In this document: piece after piece, positions 1 to 9,174 of the stretch | Layout: the number at the start of each line of letters is the position of its first letter | How positions within the stretch are numbered: the stretch's first letter is position 1 | From: a virus | Taxonomy: Duplodnaviria > Heunggongvirae > Uroviricota > Caudoviricetes | Direction: 5' to 3' (one strand) | DNA: 21,842 bases | Virus record (IMG/VR): IMGVR_UViG_2531839433_000003 | Notes under the pieces: model-generated | What the model was told of the DNA's origin: nothing | What the model saw: only the letters and a program-made list of their open reading frames with translations | The model's database searches: none | Made by a program: the position numbers and the translations under genes

Positions 1-1053
1 TTACGGGGTAATGCCAACCGCTGCCGCCACTTTGTCGCCACTTGGCAATGTTGCCAGAGGATTGAAACGGAGCGCCGTTTCCAGATGATCCGGTGCCAGA
101 TGTGCGTAACGCATAGTCATTTTTATATCGTGGTGTCCGAGAATTTTTTGTAAGGCCAGGATGTTTCCACCCGACATCATGAAGTGCGCCGCAAACGTAT
201 GGCGCAGAACGTGTGTCAGTTGACCGCGAGGGAGCACGATAGACGTTTTTTCCATCACGGATAAAAATTGAAAATAGCAGTCTGTGAAGAAATTGAACCC
301 ATCAAGCGCCATGATCTCTTCGTAAAGCTCTTTACTGATAGGGATGCTTCTGTTTTTCTTCCCCTTCGTTCTTACAAAGGTAATTCGGTATTTGGTCACT
401 TGCGAGCGGGTAAGATTTATTGCTTCTCGCCAGCGTGCGTCTGTGCTTAGGCATATCTTGACTACCAGTGCCAGAATTGGGTCCTGACGTTTGCAATCAG
501 CCAGCAGTTCAACAATCTGCTCATGGGTAAGCCATGCCATTTCTTTTTCTGCGATGGTGAATTTTCGCATGTTCTCCAGTGGGTTCGGATACGACCATTC
601 GCCCAGGCGGGATAGTTCGCTAAAAACACTACTTAGATAGCTTTGCTCCAGGTTAATGGTGACCGGGCTTGCTCCTTTCTTCCATTTCTCGCTGAAGTAG
701 ATCTCTCCTGTCAGGCGTTTATCTCTATAGTGGGCAAACATTTTAGAGGTGAGATCGGTTGCAAGGGGATTGCCCAGAGCGTCAACCATCAACAGCAGTT
801 TGTCATAGACATGCTGCCCAGCTGTCAGAGATTTACCATGTAGTTTGAACCATAGCTCAACCACGTCTTTCAATGTCCGACGATCCACTGGTTCGCCCAG
901 CCAGGGCTTTGCTTCGGTTTCTTCCATCGTGTGACGCTCAAAAGCCAGAGCTTCGCCTTTAGTGGCGAATTGTTTACGCACACGACGCCCACTACGTCCG
1001 GCGGGGTAACATTCGCAAAGCCATTTCCCTGTGGTGAGTTTTCGTACTGCCAT
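1..1053 (-). CDS. int: Tyrosine integrase, P2/186 family; the last 13 codons are encoded by the att core plus host flank
   Basis: 350 aa ORF whose translation resembles P2 Int along its length, including the C-terminal catalytic region (LTHVLRHTFAAHF...GHHDIKMTMRYAHL). Sits at the prophage left end, transcribed toward the att repeat. Confidence 0.88.
   Translation of the reverse strand: MAVRKLTTGKWLCECYPAGRSGRRVRKQFATKGEALAFERHTMEETEAKPWLGEPVDRRTLKDVVELWFKLHGKSLTAGQHVYDKLLLMVDALGNPLATDLTSKMFAHYRDKRLTGEIYFSEKWKKGASPVTINLEQSYLSSVFSELSRLGEWSYPNPLENMRKFTIAEKEMAWLTHEQIVELLADCKRQDPILALVVKICLSTDARWREAINLTRSQVTKYRITFVRTKGKKNRSIPISKELYEEIMALDGFNFFTDCYFQFLSVMEKTSIVLPRGQLTHVLRHTFAAHFMMSGGNILALQKILGHHDIKMTMRYAHLAPDHLETALRFNPLATLPSGDKVAAAVGITP
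19..40. repeat. attL core: 22-bp direct repeat cgctgccgccactttgtcgcca, matching 18988..19009 with one mismatch
   Basis: Read directly: identical at 21 of 22 positions to 18988..19009. One copy lies inside the int 3' end, the other immediately after the ogr stop, which is where a P2-type att lies. Confidence 0.7.
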
Positions 1054-1058
1054 AAAGA

Positions 1059-1078
1059 AGCCCTCATATCAGAGGGCT
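1059..1078 (-). terminator. Stem-loop between the HEPN gene and int; possible attenuator or weak terminator
   Basis: 7-bp perfect inverted repeat agccctc / gagggct with a 6-nt loop. On the minus strand it is followed by a partly T-rich tract and overlaps the int ribosome-binding site. Confidence 0.3.
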
Positions 1079-1141
1079 AAATTTAACTGTGCTTATATAC
1101 AGTGGTCAATGTATGATTTCATTAAAACAGACAAGGGTGTG

Positions 1142-1777
1142 CTATAAATCTGCTCTTAAATTATTTTCAGGGTCATTAGCGATATTTCTTTGTGAATTAT
1201 TAACTAAATCAGAAAATGTATTATCTCGGTCGTTAGATTTAGTTAATCCAATATTCGTATTTGTCGCTTCTAATTCAAGTATTGATGACTCCATCTTCTG
1301 AATAATGGCTACACTATCTATAAAATAGTCGAAAATATATTGAAATGATACTGTGGGGCTTTTCCCATGAGCGAAATCATTTCTGGCTCTATTTAAAGAT
1401 TTCAACGAATCACGTAATTTATTTGAATGCGGATCGTTCTTGATTTTGTCCTTAAAGTTGTTACACCAGTTATTATCAAATGAACCAAGTGCCTTACAAA
1501 TATTATCGTAATTAGGGTTCATTGAACTATTTCTGAATTTTTCATCAATGAATCTTTGTATTTGTTCACTATGTTGATCATATTTATGATCGCTAATGAT
1601 TGTTTTGAAAGAATATTCAATGGTTCCGCAGGTTCTAATAATTGAATATCGTGTTAAATATTTAACAATAGTTGTAGTGGGGCCAGAAGATTCTATCATC
1701 TTCTCTATACTCTCAAGTTCCTTTAAACAATCTATAATGCTATTTTTAGCATTATTATTAACGATATTGAATGCCAT
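1142..1777 (-). CDS. HEPN-motif protein (R-x4-6-H), predicted RNase effector; resembles the MAE_28990/MAE_18760-type HEPN family
   Basis: Motif LNRARNDFAHGKS (RNxxxHG) in the C-terminal third of an AT-rich ORF. GGAG lies 7 nt upstream of the ATG at 1777; the ORF track's longer start at 1810 has no ribosome-binding site. Overlaps the DUF262 gene by 20 nt. Confidence 0.55.
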   Translation of the reverse strand: MAFNIVNNNAKNSIIDCLKELESIEKMIESSGPTTTIVKYLTRYSIIRTCGTIEYSFKTIISDHKYDQHSEQIQRFIDEKFRNSSMNPNYDNICKALGSFDNNWCNNFKDKIKNDPHSNKLRDSLKSLNRARNDFAHGKSPTVSFQYIFDYFIDSVAIIQKMESSILELEATNTNIGLTKSNDRDNTFSDLVNNSQRNIANDPENNLRADL

Positions 1778-2912
1778 AAAGAAACTCCAGTGCCATTGAA
1801 ATTCTTCCATGTATATTTTCTATCTGCATTGTACCAGATGTGATATGTGACCGAAATGTCTGATTTTGTAGTAACTCATTTCTTTTATGCTCTAGATCGT
1901 TAGTGTTTATATCTTCACCTGAATTTAATGCAATGGATGTTGCGACATATAATGCATCAAAAATGGTTGGATAAAAACGACGACGTATACGTGATGGATC
2001 TGATTGGATTATATTAAAGAATGCATCTGGTCCTATATTATCATGAATAAAATTAATGGTGTTTTCAAAATCGGTTTTAATGGTGTCGATCATGTCAGAG
2101 GTGTTATTTGCTTTATCACCCATATATTCATTAAGGAGTTTTTTTAGCGAAATATTTGCTGGTTCATGACTCTTTATTTTCTGCGTGTTAAGAGCCAAGC
2201 CTCTTAGAATGAATTCCATATCTCTCATTCGTGCATCTGGTTTATTAGAACCGAATAAAGTACGCCATTTGATATTATTGTTTAGTTCTATCAATAGAGT
2301 ATTTAATTTCCCTTGATATACGCAATTACGTATTTCTTGAGCCATTAGTGAACGTCCACCAGTATTTATACGCTCAAAAATTTGATATAGGCTAGTATCA
2401 TCGTTCGACGGAACGGTTTGCTCAAAGATTATAGCGTGTATAGTTGTTGAGCGAATTTTCTTTTTTTCTGAAACTGTAAGTTCATTAAAGGCCTTACCAC
2501 GCCATTTTGCATTAATTTTTCTACTATCGGAAAGTTTAAAGACTCTACTATCTTTTGACCATATACCTGTCACATAATCATAGACAGTCATGATTCTCTG
2601 AAAACCATCTATAATGAGTTTGTTTTCGTCAGACGTATTTGCTAAAAAAATACTCGGAACAGGAAGACCTAGCAATAATGAGTCTATAAATCTACTGGCT
2701 TCGACTTTATCCCAAACATAATTTCTTTGAAGTTCTGGTTTCTGAAGTTCGCCCTCATCATACATTGTAATAAGTTCTCTAAAAGATAAATCGGCCCCCC
2801 ATGAGTTTATATTGTATAAATCATCATTTGAGTAAGAATCGTTCTGTTCTTCTTCGATTATCTCTATTGTGTCCTCAAGAGAATTATTATTGATATAATT
2901 GCTGTCAGTCAT
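1758..2912 (-). CDS. DUF262 protein (ParB-like / GmrS N-terminal NTP-binding domain), no fused HNH/DUF1524 domain
   Basis: Motifs PELQRNYVW and IIDGFQR (the DGQQR-type motif) near the N-terminus. Start chosen at MTDSNY (ATG 2910..2912), which has GAGG 5 nt upstream and sits 1 nt after the CI-like stop codon. Confidence 0.72.
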   Translation of the reverse strand: MTDSNYINNNSLEDTIEIIEEEQNDSYSNDDLYNINSWGADLSFRELITMYDEGELQKPELQRNYVWDKVEASRFIDSLLLGLPVPSIFLANTSDENKLIIDGFQRIMTVYDYVTGIWSKDSRVFKLSDSRKINAKWRGKAFNELTVSEKKKIRSTTIHAIIFEQTVPSNDDTSLYQIFERINTGGRSLMAQEIRNCVYQGKLNTLLIELNNNIKWRTLFGSNKPDARMRDMEFILRGLALNTQKIKSHEPANISLKKLLNEYMGDKANNTSDMIDTIKTDFENTINFIHDNIGPDAFFNIIQSDPSRIRRRFYPTIFDALYVATSIALNSGEDINTNDLEHKRNELLQNQTFRSHITSGTMQIENIHGRISMALEFLYGIQYR

Positions 2913-2913
2913 T

Positions 2914-3864
2914 TTAACCTCTAACATTATTAATGGATAATACGATCTTTGCAATAAATTCGATTTCGTTTATTGAACATTCAAAAACTATGTTTTTATT
3001 TTTTACTTGAATTTTTTCATTAGGTAATTTAGTGATTGTTCGAATACTGATATCTCCATCAATACCAACGATCCACTCGCCATCTATAATATTATTGAAT
3101 CTTTTTTCACAAATGTAAAAGTTATTTACATTTTCAATCAAACAAGGAAATATCGTATTTTCAGGTAACAGATTTTTATCAAATATCGAGTTCCCGCTCT
3201 CAATTAATTTTGCATTATTTAGAGTAAACTTTGGTATATTTATACAGTTTAAACTGCTATTTTTTTCTATTTTATCTCCTTTCCCAAAGGCTAACCACGT
3301 GATGGATACTCCTGTTTCGATAGCACACTGAATTACCCAATCAGCAGGAAAAGTATCACGCATATATCGTGTGGCTAACGTGCTTTTTGAAATACCAAGG
3401 TGATCAGCTAAGGCTTGACGTGTCTTGTAACCGTAAGCTTCAACAATTCGTTCTATTACTGCTTTTCCTCCATGAGTGAAATTCATGTGGATTTCATTAT
3501 CGAACAGAGTGGGGGAAGAGTGAACTTTGTCGCAAAGTCCATCTTCGGTTTGTTTTTCAGCATGTTGTTCTAGTGAAGAAGATGACATTCTTTCTTTAAC
3601 ACCTGAACCAAATGCTAGCCATTCAATTGATGCGCCTGTCTCCATCGAGCAGATAACAACCCAATCTGCTGGAAATGTATCGCGGGCATATCTGTTAGCC
3701 ATCGTGCTTTGGGAAATACCTAGGTGATTACAGAATGCCTGGCGTGACTTGAAGCCATAAGCCATGAGGATCCGCTCAATTACTTTCTGACCACCGCGAT
3801 TCTGTATGACAGCGGCTTTCATATCGTCATTCATATGGCGAAATGTGAATTTTTGAGTTGACAT
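2914..3864 (-). CDS. CI-like repressor with two tandem Phage_CI_repr-type HTH domains and an AT-rich C-terminal domain
   Basis: Two internally repeated segments (around residues 14-88 and 120-195) share the pattern ERI..AYG.K.RQA...HLGIS.ST.A.RY.RDTFPADWV..C..ETG.S..WLAFG.G, which resembles the phage 186 CI N-terminal domain. Divergent from the Apl-like gene, in the cI position. Confidence 0.65.
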   Translation of the reverse strand: MSTQKFTFRHMNDDMKAAVIQNRGGQKVIERILMAYGFKSRQAFCNHLGISQSTMANRYARDTFPADWVVICSMETGASIEWLAFGSGVKERMSSSSLEQHAEKQTEDGLCDKVHSSPTLFDNEIHMNFTHGGKAVIERIVEAYGYKTRQALADHLGISKSTLATRYMRDTFPADWVIQCAIETGVSITWLAFGKGDKIEKNSSLNCINIPKFTLNNAKLIESGNSIFDKNLLPENTIFPCLIENVNNFYICEKRFNNIIDGEWIVGIDGDISIRTITKLPNEKIQVKNKNIVFECSINEIEFIAKIVLSINNVRG

Positions 3865-3886
3865 ATTCTTTATGCGAACCTATTCT
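3858..3886 (+). promoter_or_regulatory. Candidate rightward early promoter: TTGACA, 17-nt spacer, TATTCT
   Basis: Perfect -35 hexamer at 3858..3863 and a -10-like TATTCT at 3881..3886 upstream of the Apl-like gene; overlaps the CI-like start codon. No transcript data. Confidence 0.35.
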
Positions 3887-3888
3887 CC

Positions 3889-3918
3889 GTTTTGTGATGT
3901 TGTTATCACGATTAAAAC
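3889..3918. promoter_or_regulatory. Nested palindrome GTTTT-GTGAT-N6-ATCAC-gatt-AAAAC; candidate repressor/Apl operator
   Basis: Inverted repeats read directly in the cI/apl divergent intergenic region. Confidence 0.3.
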
Positions 3919-3952
3919 CAGCTCACCACAAGCTAAAAGGAGATGTTGCATC

Positions 3953-4174
3953 ATGACCCCTAACATTTCAATAACTCTGAATACACCACACGTCACAATC
4001 GAGCGTTATAGCGAACTTACTGGTCTTTCAATCGACACAATCAACGATATGCTGGCAGATGGTCGCATCCCTCGGCATCGTCTTCGTAAAGACAAAAAAA
4101 GAGAAAAGGTAATGATCAACCTTGCTGCTCTTACCGTTGATGCACTTACTGATTGCAATGTTGTATTCAACTAG
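3953..4174 (+). CDS. apl: Apl/Cox-like small HTH excisionase/regulator
   Basis: 73 aa, first rightward gene opposite the CI-like gene, GGAG upstream, HTH-like segment [24 protein letters not shown]. Position matches 186 apl / P2 cox. Confidence 0.55.
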   Translation: MTPNISITLNTPHVTIERYSELTGLSIDTINDMLADGRIPRHRLRKDKKREKVMINLAALTVDALTDCNVVFN

Positions 4175-4206
4175 TTCCATTTTGGGATATATCAGGGGTG
4201 TCGACT

Positions 4207-4716
4207 ATGTTTGATTACCAAGTTTCCAAACATCCACATTTTGATGAAGCCTGTCGTGCATTCGCGTTGCGCCACAACCTGGTGCAACTGGCAGAACGTG
4301 CAGGCATGAATGTGCAGATTCTGCGGAACAAGCTGAACCCAGCTCAACCTCATTTATTAACCGCACCAGACATCTGGCTGCTTACCGATCTGACTGAGGA
4401 TTCAACGCTGGTAGATGGTTTTCTGGCACAGATTCATTGTCTGCCATGTGTACCAATTAATGAGGTGGCAAAAGAGAAACTGCCACATTACGTCATGAGT
4501 GCAACCGCAGAGATCGGGCGTGTTGCGGCAGGTGCGGTATCTGGCGATGTAAAAACCAGTGCAGGTCGTCGTGATGCTATCAGCAGCATTAACTCTGTAA
4601 CACGACTGATGGCGCTGGCTGCTGTTTCATTGCAGGCCCGTTTACAGGCTAATCCTGCGATGGCGAGCGCAGTTGATACCGTGACTGGCCTCGGTGCTTC
4701 ATTCGGTTTGCTGTGA
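4207..4716 (+). CDS. cII: CII-like transcriptional activator (phage 186 CII type)
   Basis: 169 aa, the same length as 186 CII. N-terminus [20 protein letters not shown] and internal [28 protein letters not shown] match my recollection of 186 CII. Confidence 0.65.
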   Translation: MFDYQVSKHPHFDEACRAFALRHNLVQLAERAGMNVQILRNKLNPAQPHLLTAPDIWLLTDLTEDSTLVDGFLAQIHCLPCVPINEVAKEKLPHYVMSATAEIGRVAAGAVSGDVKTSAGRRDAISSINSVTRLMALAAVSLQARLQANPAMASAVDTVTGLGASFGLL

Positions 4717-4723
4717 GGTGCTT

Positions 4724-4924
4724 ATGCTTACGAAAGAACCATCATTTGCATCGCTGCTGGTAAAGCAAAGCCCGGCAATGCACTACGGTCACGGCTGGAT
4801 CATGGGTGAGGATGGTAAACGCTGGCATCCATGCCGTTCACAAGATGAATTGCTGGCAGAACTATCTACGAAAAAACGGGGGAACAAATGGCTATTAATG
4901 GCGCTGCAGCAACTGTTCCATTAA
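4724..4924 (+). CDS. Hypothetical early-operon protein, 66 aa
   Basis: ORF with GAGGTG 5 nt upstream of the ATG, in the position of 186 fil. Confidence 0.4.
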   Translation: MLTKEPSFASLLVKQSPAMHYGHGWIMGEDGKRWHPCRSQDELLAELSTKKRGNKWLLMALQQLFH

Positions 4925-5229
4925 GCCCCGGTGAACGCCTGAATGGACTTAATCACATTGCGGAGTTAAGGGCGAAAGTTTTTGGCCTGAATATTGAGTC
5001 AGAGCTTGAGCGGTTTATTAAAGATATGCGTGATCCACGGGATATCAATAATGAACAAAATAAACGGGCACTGGCTGCCATATTCTTTATGGCAAAAATT
5101 CCAGCTGAACGTCATAGCATCAGCATTAATGAGCTGAACACTGACGAAAAGCGGGAGCTGATTAAAGCAATGAATCATTTTCGTGCAGTGGTGAGCTTAT
5201 TTCCCAGACGGCTAACCATGCCGAATTAA
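4888..5229 (+). CDS. Hypothetical early-operon protein, 113 aa
   Basis: ORF with GGGGGAA ribosome-binding site; overlaps the previous ORF by 37 nt. Confidence 0.4.
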   Translation: MAINGAAATVPLSPGERLNGLNHIAELRAKVFGLNIESELERFIKDMRDPRDINNEQNKRALAAIFFMAKIPAERHSISINELNTDEKRELIKAMNHFRAVVSLFPRRLTMPN

Positions 5230-5296
5230 CCAACTAATGAAATTAATGGCGTAAACCCGCCGGGCATCCCTTTATCTAAATTCAGGAGAATTGATT

Positions 5297-5530
5297 ATGC
5301 GTAATATTGAAACCCTCACGACTAAAACCGGACCGGATGATGCAGGGCTTAATATTTTACTGACAGAGGCTCGTCTGGAAGAACGCCGGGCAAGGGCTGA
5401 AGCAATGGCAGCTCGCCTTGATAACCTGGCGTGTCATATCACATCCCGCCAACTAAACCACGTCGAAGCGGCAGAACTGCTGCGTGTGACTGCTGAAGCA
5501 ATCCAGAACGAAGCGCAGGAGATCCACTGA
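5297..5530 (+). CDS. Hypothetical early-operon protein, 77 aa
   Basis: AGGAG 8 nt upstream of the ATG; stop overlaps the next start (TGATG). Confidence 0.4.
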   Translation: MRNIETLTTKTGPDDAGLNILLTEARLEERRARAEAMAARLDNLACHITSRQLNHVEAAELLRVTAEAIQNEAQEIH

Positions 5531-5757
5531 TGGCTGATGCAATGGATCTCGTACAGCAGCGAGTTGAAGAAGAACGCCAACGTCATATCCGTGCTGCCCG
5601 TGCCAAAACGCCGGGCGTGTCCCGCGTGCTTTGCGTTGAGTGTGAAGCGCCAATTCCGCCAGCACGCCGCTGTGCCATTCCGGGGGTGCAGCTTTGCATT
5701 ACCTGTCAGGAAATCGCAGAGCTGAAAGGCAAACATTACAACGGAGGTGCTGTATGA
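5530..5757 (+). CDS. TraR/DksA-family C4 zinc-finger protein
   Basis: CxxC-N17-CxxC (CVEC...CITC) in a 75 aa protein; ATGA overlap with the following dam gene. Confidence 0.7.
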   Translation: MADAMDLVQQRVEEERQRHIRAARAKTPGVSRVLCVECEAPIPPARRCAIPGVQLCITCQEIAELKGKHYNGGAV

Positions 5758-6611
5758 GCACCATCCTGAAATGGGCGGGAAATAAAACCGCCATTATGTC
5801 CGAACTGAAAAAACACCTTCCTGCTGGCCCGCGACTGGTTGAACCTTTCGCGGGTTCCTGTGCTGTGATGATGGAGACGGATTACCCCAGCTATCTGGTT
5901 GCGGATATTAATCCTGATTTAATCAACCTCTATAAAAAGGTTGCTGCTGATTGTGAATCGTTTATATCTCGCGCCAGAGTTTTATTTGAGATCGCAAACA
6001 GGGAGGTGGCTTATTACAACATAAGGCAGGAGTTTAATTACTCCACTGAAATTACTGATTTCATGAAAGCGGTATATTTCCTGTATCTCAATCGTCACGG
6101 TTACCGTGGTTTATGTCGCTATAACAAGAGCGGGCATTTCAACATTCCCTACGGTAATTATAAAAATCCGTATTTCCCTGAAAAAGAAATTCGCGCATTT
6201 GCAGAAAAGGCCCAGCGAGCAACGTTTATCTGCGCCAGCTTTGATGAAACGCTGGCGATGTTGAAGGCGGGGGATGTGGTGTATTGCGATCCGCCGTATG
6301 ACGGTAAGTTTTCCGGCTATCACACTGATGGTTTCACTGAAGATGACCAGTATCACCTGGCATCTGTTCTTGAACATCGGTCATCAGAAGGACATCCGGT
6401 CATTGTTTCTAACAGTGACACATCCCTGATCCGTTCGCTGTATCGCAATTTTACTCACCACTACATCAAGGCAAAACGCAGCATCGGTGTGGCAGCTGGC
6501 GAGGGTAAATCAGCAACAGAAATCATTGCTGTTTCCGGGCCGCGCTGCTGGGTGGGATTTGATTATTCGCGTGGCGTGGATAGTTCTGCCGTGTACGGAG
6601 TACGTGCATGA
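5754..6611 (+). CDS. dam: DNA adenine methyltransferase, Dam-like (GATC N6-adenine)
   Basis: N-terminal LKWAGNK SAM-binding motif and DPPY catalytic motif (DNA 6288..6299); collinear resemblance to E. coli Dam. Translationally coupled on both sides. Confidence 0.85.
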   Translation: MSTILKWAGNKTAIMSELKKHLPAGPRLVEPFAGSCAVMMETDYPSYLVADINPDLINLYKKVAADCESFISRARVLFEIANREVAYYNIRQEFNYSTEITDFMKAVYFLYLNRHGYRGLCRYNKSGHFNIPYGNYKNPYFPEKEIRAFAEKAQRATFICASFDETLAMLKAGDVVYCDPPYDGKFSGYHTDGFTEDDQYHLASVLEHRSSEGHPVIVSNSDTSLIRSLYRNFTHHYIKAKRSIGVAAGEGKSATEIIAVSGPRCWVGFDYSRGVDSSAVYGVRA

Positions 6612-9022
6612 GCCATGCCGATATGAACAACTGCTGCGGCTTTAACGAGGCTGCCGCATCGTTCTCATGGAACAGCCCGAAAAAGGCCATTAACCCTTAT
6701 CTGGACCCGGCGGAAGTTGCGCCGGTTTCTGCGCTTTCAAACCTGATCACTCTGTACGCTGCCGATAACGAGCAGGAACAGCTGCGCCGCGAGGCACTGA
6801 GTGATCAGGTCTGGGAGCGTTATTTCTTTAATGAATCCCGTGATCCTGTCCAGCGCGAAATGGAGCAGGATAAGCTCATTAGTCGGGCAAAGCTGGCGCA
6901 TGAGCAGCAGCGTTTTAATCCAGATATGGTCATTCTGGCGGACGTCAATGCCCAGCCTTCCCATATCAGCAAGCCGCTGATGCAACGTATTGAATACTTC
7001 AGCAGCCTTGGCAGGCCAAAGGCTTATTCCCGCTATTTGCGTGAGACGATTAAGCCATGTCTGGAACGGCTGGAGCATGTACGCGACAGTCAGCTATCCA
7101 CTTCTTTTCGCTTTATGGCAAGCCATGAAGGGCTGGACGGCCTGCTGATTCTGCCTGAAATGAGTCAGGATCAGGTGAAACGCCTGTCCACCCTTGTTGC
7201 TGCGCATATGAGCATGTGCCTTGATGCAGCTTGTGGCGATTTGTATGCCACCGATGACGTTAAGCCTGAAGAAATCCGCAAGACATGGGAAAAGGTGACA
7301 GCAGAAACCCTGCGACTGGATGTCATACCGCCTGCGTTTGAGCAACTCCGCCGGAAAAGAAACCGCCGTAAACCCGTGCCTTATGAACTCATTCCGGGTT
7401 CGCTGGCGCGTATGTTGTGCGCCGACTGGTGGTACCGGAAATTATGGAAGATGCGTTGCGAATGGCGGGAAGAGCAGTTGCGTGCTGTTTGCCTGGTCAG
7501 CAAAAAAGCATCTCCCTATGTCAGCTATGAAGCCGTGATGCATAAACGTGAGCAGCGCCGTAAGTCGCTGGAGTTTTTCCGTTCTCATGAACTGGTGAAC
7601 GAAGACGGCGACACGCTGGACATGGAGGATGTGGTAAACGCCAGCAGCAGCAACCCTGCGCATCGCCGCAATGAGATGATGGCCTGTGTTAAAGGTCTGG
7701 AGCTTATCGCGGAAATGCGTGGTGACTGCGCCGTTTTCTACACCATCACCTGTCCGTCACGTTTCCATTCCACGCTAAATAACGGCAGGCCCAACCCGAC
7801 CTGGACAAATACGACGGTAAGACAAAGCAGTGATTATCTGGTCGGCATGTTTGCTGCATTTCGTAAGGCGATGCACAAAGCCGGATTGCGCTGGTATGGC
7901 GTGCGGGTGGCTGAGCCGCATCATGACGGTACAGTTCACTGGCACCTGTTGTGTTTTATGCGCAAAAAAGATCGCCGCGCCATTACTGCTTTGTTGCGTA
8001 AGTTTGCCATTCGTGAAGACCGCGAGGAGCTGGGTAATAACACGGGACCACGCTTTAAGTCTGAGCTGATAAACCCGCGCAAAGGTACGCCAACAAGCTA
8101 CATCGCGAAATACATCAGTAAGAACATTGACGGGCGTGGTCTGGCTGGCGAGATCAGCAAGGAAACGGGTAAATCCCTGCGTGATAACGCTGAATACGTT
8201 AATGCCTGGGCGTCTCTGCATCGTGTTCAGCAATTCCGCTTCTTTGGCATTCCGGGGCGTCAGGCTTACCGTGAACTGCGATTGCTGGCTGGTCAGGCGG
8301 CAAGGCAACAGGGGGACAAAAAAGCAGGTGCGCCGGTACTGGATAACCCGCGCCTTGATGCAATCCTGGCTGCTGCTGATGCTGGTTGTTTTGCCACCTA
8401 CATCATGAAGCAGGGCGGCGTACTGGTTCCCCGCAAATATCACCTCATCAGAACTGCTTATGAAATCAACGAAGAACCGACCGCATATGGCGATCACGGT
8501 ATTCGTATTTATGGCATCTGGTCACCCATTGCAGAGGGCAAGATCTGCACTCATGCGGTGAAGTGGAAAATGGTTCGTAAGGCCGTTGACGTTCAGGAGG
8601 CGGCAGCCGACCAGGGCGCTTGCGCCCCTTGGACTCGTGGCAATAACTGTCCCCTTGCTGAAAATTTGAGCCAACAAGGGAACGACAAATCAGCTGATGG
8701 GGATACCAGAACGGACATTACCCGCATGGATGACAAGGAGTTGCACGATTACCTGCACAGTATGAGCAAAAAAGAGCGCCGGGAACTGGCTGCAAGGTTA
8801 CGCCAGGTGAAACCGAAACGGCGTAAAGACTACAAACAGCGAATTACAAACCATCAGCGACAGCAGCTCGTCTATGAACTGAAGTCCAGAGGATTTGATG
8901 GCAGCGAGAAAGAAGTCGATTTACTCCTTCGCGGCGGCAGTATTCCGTCAGGAGCAGGCCTGCGTATCTTCTATCGGAACCAGCGTTTGCAGGAAGATGA
9001 TAAGTGGCGGGAGCTGTATTAA
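6608..9022 (+). CDS. Rolling-circle replication initiator, P2 gpA / 186 RepA family
   Basis: 804 aa with the metal-binding HWHLL motif (7936..7950) and active-site tyrosine motif YIAKYISK (8099..8122). Start overlaps the dam stop. Confidence 0.85.
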   Translation: MSHADMNNCCGFNEAAASFSWNSPKKAINPYLDPAEVAPVSALSNLITLYAADNEQEQLRREALSDQVWERYFFNESRDPVQREMEQDKLISRAKLAHEQQRFNPDMVILADVNAQPSHISKPLMQRIEYFSSLGRPKAYSRYLRETIKPCLERLEHVRDSQLSTSFRFMASHEGLDGLLILPEMSQDQVKRLSTLVAAHMSMCLDAACGDLYATDDVKPEEIRKTWEKVTAETLRLDVIPPAFEQLRRKRNRRKPVPYELIPGSLARMLCADWWYRKLWKMRCEWREEQLRAVCLVSKKASPYVSYEAVMHKREQRRKSLEFFRSHELVNEDGDTLDMEDVVNASSSNPAHRRNEMMACVKGLELIAEMRGDCAVFYTITCPSRFHSTLNNGRPNPTWTNTTVRQSSDYLVGMFAAFRKAMHKAGLRWYGVRVAEPHHDGTVHWHLLCFMRKKDRRAITALLRKFAIREDREELGNNTGPRFKSELINPRKGTPTSYIAKYISKNIDGRGLAGEISKETGKSLRDNAEYVNAWASLHRVQQFRFFGIPGRQAYRELRLLAGQAARQQGDKKAGAPVLDNPRLDAILAAADAGCFATYIMKQGGVLVPRKYHLIRTAYEINEEPTAYGDHGIRIYGIWSPIAEGKICTHAVKWKMVRKAVDVQEAAADQGACAPWTRGNNCPLAENLSQQGNDKSADGDTRTDITRMDDKELHDYLHSMSKKERRELAARLRQVKPKRRKDYKQRITNHQRQQLVYELKSRGFDGSEKEVDLLLRGGSIPSGAGLRIFYRNQRLQEDDKWRELY

Positions 9023-9116
9023 TTACGCGGGTTAACAATTCGTGCTCTTAATAATACCAGGTATATCAGGCTGATGAACGTAAAAAAACGTTTTACATCA
9101 GTAAGATTATTATATA

Positions 9117-9132
9117 CTGTAAATATAAACAG
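9117..9132. promoter_or_regulatory. LexA box, CTGT-N8-ACAG (ctgtaaatataaacag)
   Basis: Matches the SOS-box core; lies about 45 nt upstream of the 9175 ORF, inside an AT-rich promoter-like region. Confidence 0.5.
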
Positions 9133-9174
9133 TGATTATATATACAGTATTGTTTTGGTGTCATAGGAGGAAAG

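Noticed and set aside
268-450. 60 aa plus-strand ORF inside int
   Set aside because: Antisense to the integrase coding sequence.
6111-8497. Minus-strand ORFs inside dam and the replication gene (6111..6377, 6737..7078, 7775..8497)
   Set aside because: Antisense to strongly supported coding sequence, with no independent signals.
9130-9148. Second LexA box overlapping the first (cagtgattatatatacagta)
   Set aside because: The left half-site is CAGT/GTGA rather than CTGT at the required spacing, so only one box is reported.
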